Both the position numbers and the translations under genes were made by a program. From positions 124,001-188,000 of IMG/VR virus record IMGVR_UViG_3300028416_000004: a DNA stretch of 64,000 bases; one strand, 5' to 3'. Each line of letters starts with the position of its first letter. The first letter of the stretch is position 1. Below are positions 18,222-28,031 of this stretch, piece by piece. The notes under the pieces were generated by a model. That model ran no database searches. It was not told the DNA's origin and saw nothing but the letters and a program-made list of their open reading frames with translations.

Positions 18222-19658
18222 TTAAGAATTCAAGGTTTTATTAATACCAGCAAGAAGTTTCATTCTAGCAACTTCTTTATTCTCGTATAATGCTTCTGTT
18301 TTAGTAACAGGAGTAATAGACGGGCTAGTAGACTTTAATTTGCTTTTTAATTGTTCAGTTTTTTCATTTGATAAATTAGTACTTTCACTAATAATTTTGT
18401 TGTAAAGCGTTTTAGCTTCTTCGACAGTATTTGTCTCATCAAAATTTTCAGCAATTTTAACTTTTTCATCATTTGTCAAACCTCCCTTTGAGAACAATTT
18501 GTTAACATATGCTAACTTTGCATTAAAAGTTTGAACCTCGTTAATTTGTTTTCTAAGTACTTTGAAAGATTCTTTGTACTCTTTTAGGGATTCTTTTAAA
18601 CTTTCGTTTTCCTCTGTGAGCTCAGCTATTTTAGCTTCATTATGAGCGTTATTTTCGTGTAAAGGAGCTATTGGTGAATGGTGTCCTTGTGCTTTTGTTT
18701 TGTTCCCAAAAGCTCTTTGAACTCCATGTCCGACTCCCATAACTTCTTCTAATTCTTCTTCAGTTTCGATATCTAAAATATCTTCATCACCTTCTTCATT
18801 ATCTTTTGGTAAAATACCTGCTAAAATGTCTTCAATTTCTTTTTCAGAAACTTCTTCATCTTCATCTACCACTTCAATTTCTTCTAAGTATTCTTCAGAA
18901 ACTACTTCTTCTTCTGTTTCAGGAGCTTCTGTAGCTTCATCATCAGTTATCTCTATTTCAACTTCACCTTCAGCTGCTGGATTTTCTTCTGATTTTTCAC
19001 TTGCCACTTCTTCTTCTTCTTGAGCTGCTTCTATATTTTCTTGTGGTTGTTCTAATTTAGAAAGAATTGCATCTAATTTTGAACTTAATTGTTCGATAGC
19101 AGATTTAGTAGGAACTTCTACTGTTTGAGAATCTTCTTCAGTATCTAAATCTCCTTCTACTGGAGCTTCTTCTACTGGAGCTTCTTCTACTGGAGCTTCT
19201 TCTACTGGTGCTTCTTCTACTGGTGCTTCTTCTATTTCTTCTTCAAAAAGATTTACTTCAAACAATTCTTCATCCTCATCTTCATCATCTTCTTCAGATT
19301 CAAATTCTTCTTTTTCTGTTTCATCTTCTTCTTTAGATTCGATTTCTTCTTCAGAATCAATTCCTTCCTCTTCTTCGTCAGTAGGTATAATGTTTAAATC
19401 GTCTTCCTCTGCATCTACTTTAATAGAAGTTACTCCATCTTCAACGCTAACTGAAATATCAGCATCTCCAACTTCAATTTCAACACCTTCTTCGATAGTT
19501 TTATTTTCTAACTCCTCAAGAGCTTTTTTTACAGCCTCGTTCATTTTTGCAATAGTAGATTCTTCAACTACTTTTTTTGCACTGTTAATCGCTGCTTGTT
19601 CTATTTCTCTAGTTTCTAATAAAGCTTTTTCTAGAGATGTTTTGCTTTTTTCTGACAT
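18222..19658 (-). CDS. Prohead scaffold/core protein
   Basis: Extremely Glu-rich, coiled-coil C-terminus (NEVQTFNAKLAYVNKLF); lies between protease and capsid genes. Confidence 0.8.
   Translation of the reverse strand: MSEKSKTSLEKALLETREIEQAAINSAKKVVEESTIAKMNEAVKKALEELENKTIEEGVEIEVGDADISVSVEDGVTSIKVDAEEDDLNIIPTDEEEEGIDSEEEIESKEEDETEKEEFESEEDDEDEDEELFEVNLFEEEIEEAPVEEAPVEEAPVEEAPVEEAPVEGDLDTEEDSQTVEVPTKSAIEQLSSKLDAILSKLEQPQENIEAAQEEEEVASEKSEENPAAEGEVEIEITDDEATEAPETEEEVVSEEYLEEIEVVDEDEEVSEKEIEDILAGILPKDNEEGDEDILDIETEEELEEVMGVGHGVQRAFGNKTKAQGHHSPIAPLHENNAHNEAKIAELTEENESLKESLKEYKESFKVLRKQINEVQTFNAKLAYVNKLFSKGGLTNDEKVKIAENFDETNTVEEAKTLYNKIISESTNLSNEKTEQLKSKLKSTSPSITPVTKTEALYENKEVARMKLLAGINKTLNS
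19155..19232 (-). repeat. 15-bp tandem repeat encoding (EEAPV)5
   Basis: TTCTACTGG[AT]GCTTC x5 on the + strand. Confidence 0.9.
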
Positions 19659-19730
19659 TTTATTTTTTTTTACTTAAATGAAAGGTTTACGGATAAATAG
19701 TTTATAAAAAATTAAATTCCATTTAAAATG

Positions 19731-20375
19731 TTATTTTTTCCAAAAATCTTTTTTAGAAACTTTGAATAATTCTTTCATTGAATCATTAAAAGTATTCAAT
19801 TCATTTGGTTTTAATATTTTTGAACTATTACCATCTAATTTAGTCATCCCCCAGCTTTTTGACTCTTTAAATAAGTATGCACCAGGAGTAGAAGGAGAAG
19901 AAACAAAGTCGAAACCTATAAGTTCAAAATCTTCTTGAACAACATCGAGTCCATTTTTATTTTTTACAGAACCAACACCTCTTGAAGATATACCTAGCAT
20001 AACTCCACTTTTCAACAATCCTTTTAAAATGTTTCCAGAAGGAGTATCAAGTAATTTTACTTTACCCATTAAAGTTTCACCTTCCCACCACATTTCAGTA
20101 ACCATATGAGAAACATTAGACAAACTAACTACAGCACTATCTGGATGGTCTAATTCTCCAGTAGCTCTATTTTCTTTTACTGCTTCCTCATATTTTTTAG
20201 CTTCTCTTTTTAAAATATCTAATGGATAAACTCTTCCATTTCTATTTTCAGTATTAGCCTTTTGAAGAATACCAGTCATAAAGATTGGTTGATTTTTTTC
20301 TTCAGCTTCCTTTATTAAGGTAGAGTCTACTTCAAAAGTATAAAACTCTGATATTACATATTTATCTAAACTCAT
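19731..20375 (-). CDS. Prohead protease (T4 gp21-like)
   Basis: NRNGRVYP, GELDHP, VSH, GISSRGVGS, DFVSSPSTPGA. Confidence 0.95.
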   Translation of the reverse strand: MSLDKYVISEFYTFEVDSTLIKEAEEKNQPIFMTGILQKANTENRNGRVYPLDILKREAKKYEEAVKENRATGELDHPDSAVVSLSNVSHMVTEMWWEGETLMGKVKLLDTPSGNILKGLLKSGVMLGISSRGVGSVKNKNGLDVVQEDFELIGFDFVSSPSTPGAYLFKESKSWGMTKLDGNSSKILKPNELNTFNDSMKELFKVSKKDFWKK

Positions 20376-20452
20376 TTTTTTTTATTTATTATATAATAAT
20401 TAACATATATAAATATGATGAAAAAAAGTTTATTAATTTTTAATTAAAAAAC

Positions 20453-20483
20453 TTGTTTTAATTAAAAAAAAAATTTAAAATTG
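20453..20483 (+). promoter_or_regulatory. Bacteroidota-type host promoter (TTG-N20-TAAAATTG)
   Basis: TTG 20453-20455, 20-nt spacer, TAAAATTG 20476-20483. Confidence 0.4.
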
Positions 20484-20522
20484 TAAAGTGTAGCAGAAAT
20501 AAATTATTGTATAACTTAAAAA

Positions 20523-21098
20523 ATGAGAGAATGTAATGAATTAACTTTAGAAGACAAACAAACAAAAAGGACTGGGAAAGAGATTAAAATAGATGGAAGT
20601 CTTTTTGGGAATGATAAAATAAAATTTAAAATAGGAACTTGTTTTCAAAAACAAAGCCCAGAAACTATATATATAGAATTAGGTTTTTGGATAGATATAA
20701 AAGAAAAATATTATCAACATGAATCTGATAAATATTCTTTTTTAGATTATGATTATGAGATTTCTAAAAAATTGAAAAATTATATTAGAAGTATATATAG
20801 AGAAGATTTAAAAAGTTTTTTGTCAAATAATAAAATATTTCCCGCATATTTAGAAAATATATATGTTTATGATTTTCCTGAAAATGTAAATTATAATAAC
20901 AAAAGAAGTTTTGTTTCTATAGAATTAAATTTACATACATTAAATATGGAAAGTTTTAATGATAAAAATTACCCCTTATCTGAAAAAGGAGATAATACTT
21001 TATTAAATGAAGCTTTAAAGGTTTGTGAAATTATATCTAATTCTGATTTATTAAAAGATAAAACTGAATTTAGTGTACATAAATCTAAGAAGGATTAA
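20523..21098 (+). CDS. Hypothetical protein
   Basis: 191-aa ORF, divergent from the protease gene, followed by a terminator. Confidence 0.65.
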   Translation: MRECNELTLEDKQTKRTGKEIKIDGSLFGNDKIKFKIGTCFQKQSPETIYIELGFWIDIKEKYYQHESDKYSFLDYDYEISKKLKNYIRSIYREDLKSFLSNNKIFPAYLENIYVYDFPENVNYNNKRSFVSIELNLHTLNMESFNDKNYPLSEKGDNTLLNEALKVCEIISNSDLLKDKTEFSVHKSKKD

Positions 21099-21104
21099 AC
21101 AAAG

Positions 21105-21130
21105 AAAAGAGAGCATTGCTCTCTTTTTTT
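21105..21130. terminator. Bidirectional intrinsic terminator
   Basis: AAAAGAGAGCA-T-TGCTCTCTTTTTTT between convergent genes. Confidence 0.8.
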
Positions 21131-21133
21131 ATG

Positions 21134-21451
21134 TTATAGTTTAGGTTCAATTTTGGATTTTATTTCTTCTTTACTTTTAATTCCTACTAATTTATCATAG
21201 ACTTCTCCATCTTTAAAAAAAAGCATTGTAGGTATATTTCTAACTCCATAATCTCTAGCTATATCAGAATATAAATCTACATTTACTTTACTGATTATTG
21301 CTTTGTCTGATAATTCATTATGAATCTCATCTATTACTGGCCCTATCATTTTACAAGGATTACACCATTCCGCCCAAAAATCTACTAAAACAGGTTTATT
21401 AGATTTTAAAACTAACTCTTCAAAATTTTCTTTTGTTAATTCTAGTGCCAT
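21134..21451 (-). CDS. trxA: Thioredoxin
   Basis: VLVDFWAEWCNPCKMIGP, KVNVD, YGVRNIPT. Confidence 0.93.
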   Translation of the reverse strand: MALELTKENFEELVLKSNKPVLVDFWAEWCNPCKMIGPVIDEIHNELSDKAIISKVNVDLYSDIARDYGVRNIPTMLFFKDGEVYDKLVGIKSKEEIKSKIEPKL

Positions 21452-21513
21452 ATTTATAATACATTTAATTTATATAAAGATAATAAATAATAATTTATAA
21501 AACAAATTATTAA

Positions 21514-21918
21514 TTATAAACCAGTACTTCCTTCTCCTTTTTTCCAACCTTGTTTAGCTCTGATTGCGAAAAGTAATTGTCCCATTCTTTTTTTGTTTTT
21601 TTCTGGTACTTTTTTATCTTCTTCTTGAAATTTATCATTTTCTTTTTTAAGTTTTGCAACTTCTTTTTTAAGTTCTGAAATTGTCATATCTGAAAATTCA
21701 CCTGTACTTTTTATTTCAACATCACTTTCGAAAGATTCATTTTTATTTTGTTTATCCATCTCTATTGCAGATTCAATATTTTCTATCTCTTCTGGAGTTA
21801 ATTTAATTCCATTCATTTGTTCGATAGTTTTTAAAATATTTTCACTTTCTTTGAGATTTTTGAAAACATTAATTTCCTCTAATATAATTTCTCTTAGTCT
21901 GTTTTTGTTGATTTTCAT
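21514..21918 (-). CDS. Putative internal head protein
   Basis: Charged and helical; N-terminal KINKNRLREIILEE motif shared with neighbouring proteins. Confidence 0.5.
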   Translation of the reverse strand: MKINKNRLREIILEEINVFKNLKESENILKTIEQMNGIKLTPEEIENIESAIEMDKQNKNESFESDVEIKSTGEFSDMTISELKKEVAKLKKENDKFQEEDKKVPEKNKKRMGQLLFAIRAKQGWKKGEGSTGL

Positions 21919-21923
21919 AACTA

Positions 21924-22736
21924 TTAAATTTGGTTTAATATATCATTTATTTCAGCACAATTTATAATAATTTCATCAACATTTTTAGAATTTATTTCTT
22001 CAATAGATTCTAATTTGTTTTTAAAATTCTCTAAAAAACTTTCACCCTCTTCCAGAATAATACCATCAATTAAAGAAAGACTTTCACTTTTTAAATCATT
22101 AGCATATTTTATTTTTATATCATCAGAAGAAATTAATACTTTAAATAATTTTTTGTCAGATTCATTTAAATGTCTATACCTTTTATTAAAATTACTTACA
22201 GCATGTTCATTTACATATCTCCAAGATAAAAATTTAGGCATATCATTCAAATCTTCTTCTAATTTATTTTCATTAGAAACATTTCTTTGTAAATGAGATA
22301 AAATATGCTCATAAGATTCATGAGATTTATTTATGTTTGAAAAAGATAAGTTACTTCTCGATTCAATTAAAGTATGAATTGATTCATATAATTCATCATA
22401 TCCATTAGAAGCAGATACGAAGTGTTCATCTAAGATTTCTTTTCTTAATTTTTTGTTTACTTCTAATAACTTATTCCAATCTAACTTTTCAGATAGAGAA
22501 AGATTTTCATTTATATATCTCTCAGCTAATCTCTCATTTTCAAAGTGTCCTTTTGTAAGATTTTCAAAAATCATATATTGAACTCTTAAAATAGGTTCTT
22601 CTTTTAATTTTTTAATAAATTTATTTAAAGAGTTTTTATTATTAGAATCTTTATTCGATTCATTTACCAACTCTCTACAAGATAATTTGTATACAGTATC
22701 TCTTAAAGCACCAAAATTTAAGCTAATTTTTTCCAT
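21924..22736 (-). CDS. Hypothetical helical protein, possibly head assembly
   Basis: 270 aa helical protein with FNKRY..LNE..K motif; late-type motif upstream; head-gene region. Confidence 0.5.
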   Translation of the reverse strand: MEKISLNFGALRDTVYKLSCRELVNESNKDSNNKNSLNKFIKKLKEEPILRVQYMIFENLTKGHFENERLAERYINENLSLSEKLDWNKLLEVNKKLRKEILDEHFVSASNGYDELYESIHTLIESRSNLSFSNINKSHESYEHILSHLQRNVSNENKLEEDLNDMPKFLSWRYVNEHAVSNFNKRYRHLNESDKKLFKVLISSDDIKIKYANDLKSESLSLIDGIILEEGESFLENFKNKLESIEEINSKNVDEIIINCAEINDILNQI

Positions 22737-22770
22737 TTTATATATTTTTTAAATAAATATGAAAGAAATT

Positions 22771-24003
22771 TTAATTTACAGCTACTTCACTTTTTTCTTT
22801 GTGTAATTTCAAATAGCTTTCAACTCTACTTTTCGTTACATTTTTCAAGTCATATTTTTCTTTTACGAAATTATGTAGATTTTCTGAAATTCTTTTTACT
22901 TCTTCTGGGTTGTTAATAAGTTTTTTGATATTTTTATACCAATCTTTATGATTTCTATTATCTTTAACTAAGAAACCATTTTCACCATCTTCAATTAATT
23001 CTTTGTAAACCCCAAAATCTTGAGCAATTAAAACTTTTTTTGTCATTCCAGCCTCAATTATTTTAAGTTCAGATTTGACTTCATTAAATTTATTATGAAC
23101 TAAAGGAGCTAAACAAACATCACAAAAACTATAATGTTTACCATATTGAGTTAATGGCAAAGTCCATCTTCTAACATAATTCAATTTAGAATAATCTTCT
23201 GGATATTTTTCATTTTTAAATTCACTTAAAAACTTTCTATAATCTTCATCAACTATTTTGTAATCACTTGTAAAAATTTTTTCAAAACGATTCCAAACAC
23301 TTTCTTCTGGTTTTATTTTTCTTGTCTTTTTTTGACCAGTTTGTTGATTAATTTCTGTAATGTGACCTCTAGTATCAAAACCACATAAAATAATTTGATA
23401 TTTATCTTTTAAAGAATCGTCTGAATTTAATTTTGCCATAGAAGTTTCCATTAACTTCAAATCTTCTAAATGAGATGAACCACCAATCCAAGAAACTCTA
23501 AGTTTATCAAATTTTTCGGCTGTCTCATCTTGTTTCCACATTTTATGTTCTGAATCAATAGCATTAGGCATAACAATCACATTTTTGTTATATTTAGCTA
23601 TTTCTTTAGCAAAAATATCTGTTGTAGTTGTTACATAATCAGATTTTTTGATAGTTTTAATAATTTTTTCCTCTATATTTTCACTTTTTGCAGCATGATA
23701 CATAGGATGTGTAGTTGGAGGAGACCAATAATCATCAATATCCATAATCATAGTTACACCAGCAGATTTTAAGGTATCAAAAATTTCATCAATTCTTTCT
23801 ATTGGTCCAAAGTGTCTATGAAAGTGTATGATATCATATTTTTTTAAAGATTCTAAATCATTAAAATTAGGACTTAAATCAATTTTAACTTCAAAAGAGT
23901 CTTTATATTTTCTTTGAATTTCTTGTGCAGGCCAAATAGACCTAAAGTGCCCAACTCCAGCCAAATCTGAAGGTTGAAATAATATTTTTATTTTATCAGA
24001 CAT
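22771..24003 (-). CDS. Glycosyltransferase (GT-B, GT4-like)
   Basis: GVGHFRSIWP, DIDDYW, WIGGSSHLEDL, DVCLAPL..NKFNEVKSELKIIEAG, DGENGFLV. Confidence 0.85.
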   Translation of the reverse strand: MSDKIKILFQPSDLAGVGHFRSIWPAQEIQRKYKDSFEVKIDLSPNFNDLESLKKYDIIHFHRHFGPIERIDEIFDTLKSAGVTMIMDIDDYWSPPTTHPMYHAAKSENIEEKIIKTIKKSDYVTTTTDIFAKEIAKYNKNVIVMPNAIDSEHKMWKQDETAEKFDKLRVSWIGGSSHLEDLKLMETSMAKLNSDDSLKDKYQIILCGFDTRGHITEINQQTGQKKTRKIKPEESVWNRFEKIFTSDYKIVDEDYRKFLSEFKNEKYPEDYSKLNYVRRWTLPLTQYGKHYSFCDVCLAPLVHNKFNEVKSELKIIEAGMTKKVLIAQDFGVYKELIEDGENGFLVKDNRNHKDWYKNIKKLINNPEEVKRISENLHNFVKEKYDLKNVTKSRVESYLKLHKEKSEVAVN

Positions 24004-24006
24004 ATA

Positions 24007-24351
24007 TTATGAATTTTCGTTATTTATATATTTATCTGCTGCTTCAGCAGCTTTTTCAAAATCAGATTTTTCTTTATTTTCTTCTTCAGAGTTTATTTTT
24101 TTTAATAAAGTTTCTAGGTGTTTTTCTGAATAATTTTTAACAAATTCTAATTCTAATTTAGAATTATCGAATTCTCTATCTACAGAAATAAAACCTCTTC
24201 TTTCTTGTGCATCTAAAGAGGCAGTTAATTGTGCTTCAGAAATGCAAAATTCACCTGGATTTAAAATAATTCCTTTTGAGTGCATTGATGCAGTTTTACA
24301 TGCAACTTTTACATGTTCTTTTGAGTTGTTAGTAATTTTCCAAACTTTCAT
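24007..24351 (-). CDS. Hypothetical protein
   Basis: 114-aa ORF immediately upstream of the glycosyltransferase. Confidence 0.6.
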   Translation of the reverse strand: MKVWKITNNSKEHVKVACKTASMHSKGIILNPGEFCISEAQLTASLDAQERRGFISVDREFDNSKLELEFVKNYSEKHLETLLKKINSEEENKEKSDFEKAAEAADKYINNENS

Positions 24352-24409
24352 AGTTAATTATATTTTTAGTTCAAAATAGTAATTAATTATTAAAAGTAAA
24401 TGATAAATA

Positions 24410-24916
24410 TTATTGATTTTTATTTGAAATTTTTAAAGAATTAAAAATGTTATCTATGATTTCATTTTTAAATAACTCCAAATCTTTAGAAGAATGTTTA
24501 GAATTTAAATTAAACCTACTTATAATTCCTTTAAAGTTTATTGAAGCAACTGTATTTGAGTCATTTGAAAATTGTACAGTTAAAACTAAATCAAAGTTTT
24601 CATCTATTGGTTTTTCTTCAAAAATACCATTTATATTAATGTTTATAAATAAAGAATTTGAATTTATTTTTGTTGAGCTTTTTAAAAGTTTTAGATTTAG
24701 TGATTTATCTTTTTCAATTTCATCATCAATACTAGTTAATATGTCAGAACCTAAATTTAACAGGTAGTCTTCTGAGAACCAACCTAAAGTATCCTTATCG
24801 CTTCTACCTGTATCAGACTTAAGTTCAATATTATCTTCTTTTAATATTCCAGATAAAAATTTGATTCTATTTTTGTAAGATTCACTAATCATTTTATTGA
24901 ATATATTTTTTGACAA
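24410..24916 (-). CDS. Putative internal head protein
   Basis: N-terminal ISESYKNRIKFLSGILKE resembles the scaffold C-terminal RMKLLAGI motif. Confidence 0.5.
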   Translation of the reverse strand: MSKNIFNKMISESYKNRIKFLSGILKEDNIELKSDTGRSDKDTLGWFSEDYLLNLGSDILTSIDDEIEKDKSLNLKLLKSSTKINSNSLFINININGIFEEKPIDENFDLVLTVQFSNDSNTVASINFKGIISRFNLNSKHSSKDLELFKNEIIDNIFNSLKISNKNQ

Positions 24917-25772
24917 TTTCCTCTATTCTTTTGCTTAAAATCATATCATAATGATTTTCTTCTTCTACATCATTATGTAAACTATTTTCTTCTGAATTTA
25001 AATTTTCATTTGAATTATCTATCATAGGTTGAGTTACATCTTTTACAGGTTCAATAGAATCTTTCATATTACTTTGACTATCTAACTCAATATCACTTAA
25101 CTCTAAATCGTCTTCTTTATTTTCTAATATATCTTCTATGAATTCAGTATTACCTTCGAATGGGTCAAATTCTAATTTTCCTATTTTTTCAAATTTAACA
25201 ATATATAATTCTGCTTCTTTAACTCCTTTGTTTAACCAAATATCTTTCATATTTGTTTTTTCTTCAGGATTTTCAAGTGTTTTAAGGTCTATACTAGAAA
25301 GTTTTTCAGAACCTACAGAAATTTCATTTTCATCAAAAATAAATAATTTTTCACTTTCTAATTTTTTTAATTGTTTTGGAATTTCTGGATGATGTTTTAA
25401 TTCTTCTTCTTTAGATAATAAAATAGTTTCTTTATCATTAAGTTCTAATTCTTTTTTTGATAATTCTTCTTCTTTTCTTTTTAGTTCTTCTTCTCTTTTT
25501 AAAATATCTTCCATCTCCTTAGAGGTTTCTAAGGTAGAAGTTATAGATTCTGGAACTTTTCCTTCTTCATCTTTAGGTTTAGAAATATCAATATTTAAAA
25601 CTTTTTCTTCATTGTTTTCATTATCTATTTTTTTACCTTCTTTAGATTTATTTTTAATTTTTTCTGTTATGTTTTTTATTACCTCTTCTTTTATTTCATC
25701 TGTAGAAGCTCCTTTTTCTAAAAATTTACTTCTAATCATCTCTTCTAATTCTGAAACAGTTATTTTTTCCAT
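24894..25772 (-). CDS. Acidic coiled-coil protein, putative head protein
   Basis: ORF track start is 25790; ATG 25772 (MEKITVSELEEMIR) is the more likely start. E/K-rich. Confidence 0.55.
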   Translation of the reverse strand: MEKITVSELEEMIRSKFLEKGASTDEIKEEVIKNITEKIKNKSKEGKKIDNENNEEKVLNIDISKPKDEEGKVPESITSTLETSKEMEDILKREEELKRKEEELSKKELELNDKETILLSKEEELKHHPEIPKQLKKLESEKLFIFDENEISVGSEKLSSIDLKTLENPEEKTNMKDIWLNKGVKEAELYIVKFEKIGKLEFDPFEGNTEFIEDILENKEDDLELSDIELDSQSNMKDSIEPVKDVTQPMIDNSNENLNSEENSLHNDVEEENHYDMILSKRIEEIVKKYIQ

Positions 25773-25881
25773 AATACTTTTATAAAACATTTAATAATAA
25801 ATATTAAATAAAATTAAGTTATTAGTTACAAAGAATAAAATAATACTTATATTTATAATATAATAAACTAATATAAATTAT

Positions 25882-26598
25882 ATGTCAACTAAAAAAAATT
25901 CAAAATCAACAAAAGGTAGAGGAAATGATACTAAACAATTTTTAAAAAATATAATAGGAGAAATACATTTTAAATCTAAAAATCAGAAACAGCAAGAATT
26001 TTATGATTTAATGCATAATAAAGAAATTGTAATATGTACAGGTCCTGCAGGAGTTGGAAAGTCTTATTTGACTGCTTTAAAGGCTTTAGAATTATTAGCT
26101 TCTTCAGAGAATGAATATTACAAAATAGTTATAACTACACCTGCAGTTGAAGCAGATGAAAAGTTAGGTTTTTTACCAGGTGATATATTAGAAAAAATGT
26201 CTCCATATACTTATTCAACAATTTATCTATTAGAAAAAATTATTGGCAAACAAAATGTTAAAGCCTTAATGGATTCTGAACATATTCAGATTATGCCTTT
26301 AGCATATATGAGAGGTATAAATATAGATAATTCAATATTAATAGCAGAAGAATTTCAAAACTCCACAAAAAGACAGACTAAAACTTTATTAACAAGGATA
26401 GGTTGGAAAAGTAAGTTTATAATCTCTGGAGATTTAGAACAATCAGATAGGTATAAAAACACATTAGATACTGGTTTATATGATGCTTTGAATAGATTTA
26501 AAAATATATCTGAAATAGGTACTATTTCATTTGAAGAAACTGATGTTGTAAGAAATCCAGTAATTCAAAAAATATTAGATACATATAAAAATGAATAA
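25882..26598 (+). CDS. phoH: PhoH-family ATPase
   Basis: GPAGVGKSY, EKLGFLPG, PLAYMRG, EEFQN, LLTRIG, GDLEQSD, DVVRNP. Confidence 0.93.
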   Translation: MSTKKNSKSTKGRGNDTKQFLKNIIGEIHFKSKNQKQQEFYDLMHNKEIVICTGPAGVGKSYLTALKALELLASSENEYYKIVITTPAVEADEKLGFLPGDILEKMSPYTYSTIYLLEKIIGKQNVKALMDSEHIQIMPLAYMRGINIDNSILIAEEFQNSTKRQTKTLLTRIGWKSKFIISGDLEQSDRYKNTLDTGLYDALNRFKNISEIGTISFEETDVVRNPVIQKILDTYKNE

Positions 26599-26629
26599 TT
26601 TTTTATATTTATAAATAAAAACAGAAATT

Positions 26630-26845
26630 ATGATTGTACAAAAGATGAAATGCCCTCATGGTTGCGAAAACACAACTTTTTTAGAAAGTGTAAAATCTGT
26701 TAATTCGTCTAATAATAATCTTCTATTAGATTCACAAAAGGGAAATGTAAATAATGTTCAAAAAGTAAAAGTATATACTTGCAATTGTTGTCACAATTCT
26801 TTTGAGATAAAAGAAGGTATTAATTCTGGTAGGATGATTTTATAA
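26630..26845 (+). CDS. Small zinc-ribbon protein
   Basis: CPHGC ... YTCNCC. Confidence 0.6.
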   Translation: MIVQKMKCPHGCENTTFLESVKSVNSSNNNLLLDSQKGNVNNVQKVKVYTCNCCHNSFEIKEGINSGRMIL

Positions 26846-26862
26846 AAAAGTTCTAAAAAAAT

Positions 26863-26895
26863 AAAAAACCCTCAAGTTATCTTGAGGGTTTTTTT
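26863..26895. terminator. Bidirectional intrinsic terminator
   Basis: AAAAAACCCTCAAG-TTAT-CTTGAGGGTTTTTTT. Confidence 0.85.
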
Positions 26896-26914
26896 GTATT
26901 ATTGATATTAAATA

Positions 26915-27484
26915 TTATTCCTTAATTAAACCAGCTAATTTTTTCATTCTAGACTGTTCTTCAGTAAGAATATTTTCTGTATTGTTTTTTGATTCAGAAA
27001 CTACTTCTTCATCTTCACACATTTCTTCTTCTTCAGAAACTTCTTCTTTTTCAGAAACTTCTTCTTCTTCTTCGCAAACTTCTTCCTTTTCAGAAACTAC
27101 TTCTTCTTCTTCCATAGTTCCACATTCTTCTAAATCTTCATCTTCTTCAGACATGATTTCAGCTAACATTTCTTCTAAAGTTTTCTCTTCTTCATCTTCC
27201 ATTTTTTCTGACATCATTTCCATCATATCTTCTTCTTCAGAAATTTCTTCTCCAAATTCTTCTTCTTCTTCTTTTAAAGCTGGGAAACCTCCATCTTTGC
27301 TTAATTCTTCAAATTCTGGCTTATACTTTTTTGTCCCATCAGGTAATTCATGCATATCACCAGCTTCAACTTCAGCAAGTTGAGCTTCAATTTCAGCAAG
27401 TTTAGATTCTAATTGTAGCTTTTTTTTGAATTTTAAAGCTTCCTCTTTAATAATTTGTGTTAATTCTGATTTTGTAATTTTCAT
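26915..27484 (-). CDS. Highly acidic putative prohead core/internal protein
   Basis: MKITKSELTQIIKEE N-terminus, poly-Glu repeats, C-terminal RMKKLAGLIKE. Confidence 0.6.
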   Translation of the reverse strand: MKITKSELTQIIKEEALKFKKKLQLESKLAEIEAQLAEVEAGDMHELPDGTKKYKPEFEELSKDGGFPALKEEEEEFGEEISEEEDMMEMMSEKMEDEEEKTLEEMLAEIMSEEDEDLEECGTMEEEEVVSEKEEVCEEEEEVSEKEEVSEEEEMCEDEEVVSESKNNTENILTEEQSRMKKLAGLIKE

Positions 27485-27503
27485 TTTTTTGTTATTTTAA
27501 TTA

Positions 27504-27899
27504 TTATTTGTCAGCTTTTTTCATTTCTGATATAAATGCTGTAATTTCTTCTATTTGCTTTTTTAAATTTTTATTTTCTTTTTTTAACTCATCTATTTCA
27601 TTTAACTCATCTTCATTGATTGTAGAAGCTTCTTCAATTTCATCTTGTTTAGCAAATTCTTTTTCTAATTGAGCTATATAAGAAATGTTTGGAGTATCAA
27701 CAAATCCAGACACACTTTTATCTTTATTGTCTCCTTGAAATCCAAAAGTTCCAACAAAATCTCTATTTTCATAAAGATTTTTAATTTCTTCATTGATTTG
27801 AGTTACTTTTTTATAGTACTCTTCTTTTTTAAGAATAAATTCTGCTTCCTCTTTTATAAGGTTAAGAATATTTGATTTGTTTAATTTTTTACTGTTCAT
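27504..27899 (-). CDS. Putative internal head protein
   Basis: KLNKSNILNLIKEE N-terminus; coiled coil; late-type motif upstream. Confidence 0.5.
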   Translation of the reverse strand: MNSKKLNKSNILNLIKEEAEFILKKEEYYKKVTQINEEIKNLYENRDFVGTFGFQGDNKDKSVSGFVDTPNISYIAQLEKEFAKQDEIEEASTINEDELNEIDELKKENKNLKKQIEEITAFISEMKKADK

Positions 27900-28031
27900 T
27901 TTAAATTATATTTAATAATTTTATAATTTTTAAAAATAAATAGCTGAAAAAAAAGTTTTTTACACTTTTCATTTATTTTTAATAAAAAAAATGTATATTG
28001 CTTAATATAAGAAATAATACAATTCATAAAT

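Noticed and set aside
13875-19232. Tandem repeats as a possible CRISPR array or DGR template
   Set aside because: Units of 12 and 15 bp are contiguous, in frame and lack spacers; no cas or reverse transcriptase gene is in the window.
18826-27383. Ser-rich + strand ORFs (18826..19023, 19390..19677, 22015..22296, 24447..24767, 25138..25392, 26982..27383)
   Set aside because: Antisense shadows of Glu-rich minus-strand genes: GAA runs read as TCT/TTC on the other strand.
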